Shown: in pieces, positions 63,162 to 64,000 of the stretch | How the letters are laid out: every line of letters starts with the position of its first letter | Position numbering within the stretch: position 1 is the first letter of the stretch | Assembly: GCA_012295275.1 (NCBI GenBank) | Contig: CM022674.1 | Location: 806,001 to 870,000 of the forward strand | Direction of reading: 5' to 3' | Length of the DNA: 64,000 bases | Origin: Chrysomallon squamiferum | Lineage: Eukaryota; Animalia; Mollusca | The notes under the pieces: model-generated | What the model was told of the DNA's origin: nothing | Seen by the model: the letters and a program-made list of their open reading frames with translations, nothing else | Database searches by the model: none | Position numbers and translations under genes: made by a program

Positions 63162-64000
63162 CTAAAATAAAAATATGTTCAAACCATCAAAGCGAAACTA
63201 AACATATCTATTCTTCATAAGAAGTTGATAAAATAGTATGGATTTGTAACATGAAGAACGAATAATAATAATCATAATAATAATAGAAAGCAGATTTAAG
63301 AATTTTGTTTTAATTATAATCAAGATATATGAATAAATATGGATATTCTACATACCTATTCTGTTGATTTATGCATATATAATTACAAAATAGATATATG
63401 ATTTGAGAACATGTGTTAATAAATATTCTACTTTTAGTTTTAATAGTGTTGTTTGATTTGTAAAATATAATGTCCTTCATGTTAGTTTGAATTTAACAAA
63501 TCAGCAATAAAACAGTAACAACAAAACCATGCTACTATTACGGCTATTAATAATAATACTAAAGTAAAGGAAAGTAGTTTGAAGTAAAGTAATAAATGAT
63601 AGGTTTTAGACTGTTCTTGTAAAGAGAATTAAAAACAAGATGTTAAATGAATGCTAATATCTTTTATCTGTAAAGTCCTAACAATAACAAACAAACAGGG
63701 TTTACAGTTCTGTCACTGAACATTTGTTGATTATACACGTGAATATTTAAATCTAGTATGAAGCAATGAACAAAGATGAAAAGATCTAAATAAGTTTTAC
63801 ACACAAACATACGCTCGCCTTACAAATATGTAAGTGTAAAATCTGTGTTTGTATATATGTGTGTTAATTGTGTTTGTGTTTAGACACTGCACACAGACAA
63901 TACTCAGAAACACAGTGACACAGGAGGACAAAGTTCAAACATGACGTCACATTTCAGATGAAACCAACGAGATCCAACGTATAGCACTCATGTATTTATA

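Overview
This is AT-rich, microsatellite-dense eukaryotic (invertebrate) genomic DNA; a mollusc is my inference from the protein family and repeat style. It contains one 200-N scaffold gap (7564-7763). Almost the whole window is a locally amplified cluster of one multi-exon gene family. The genes encode type II membrane proteins (short N-terminus, TM anchor, stem) with a DUF1647-type domain that has GT-A glycosyltransferase-like motifs. I reconstructed a 9-coding-exon model by hand: E1 44 nt, E2 83 nt (TM), E3/E4/E5 78 nt each, E6 69 nt, E7 299 nt, E8 105 nt, E9 474-480 nt. The copies are: A (-, 5' end in the gap), B (+, last-exon fragment after the gap), a pseudogene (-), C (+), D (+), E (-, one frameshift), F (-) and G (-, runs off the window), plus orphan exon remnants. 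The most striking patterns are (i) repeated, independent, frame-preserving loss of the 26-aa stem exons E3/E4 in different combinations, (ii) amino-acid variation concentrated in a few patches next to predicted catalytic motifs, with mosaic sharing between copies, and (iii) regulatory divergence, including a 34-bp TGACGTCA array and a replaced upstream region in copy D. Intergenic DNA carries remnants of Penelope-like, KRBA2/Ginger-like, LINE and MULE-like elements and a 48-bp minisatellite. Most ORFs in the supplied track are microsatellite translations or antisense shadows. All family assignments come from motif recognition, not database searches.
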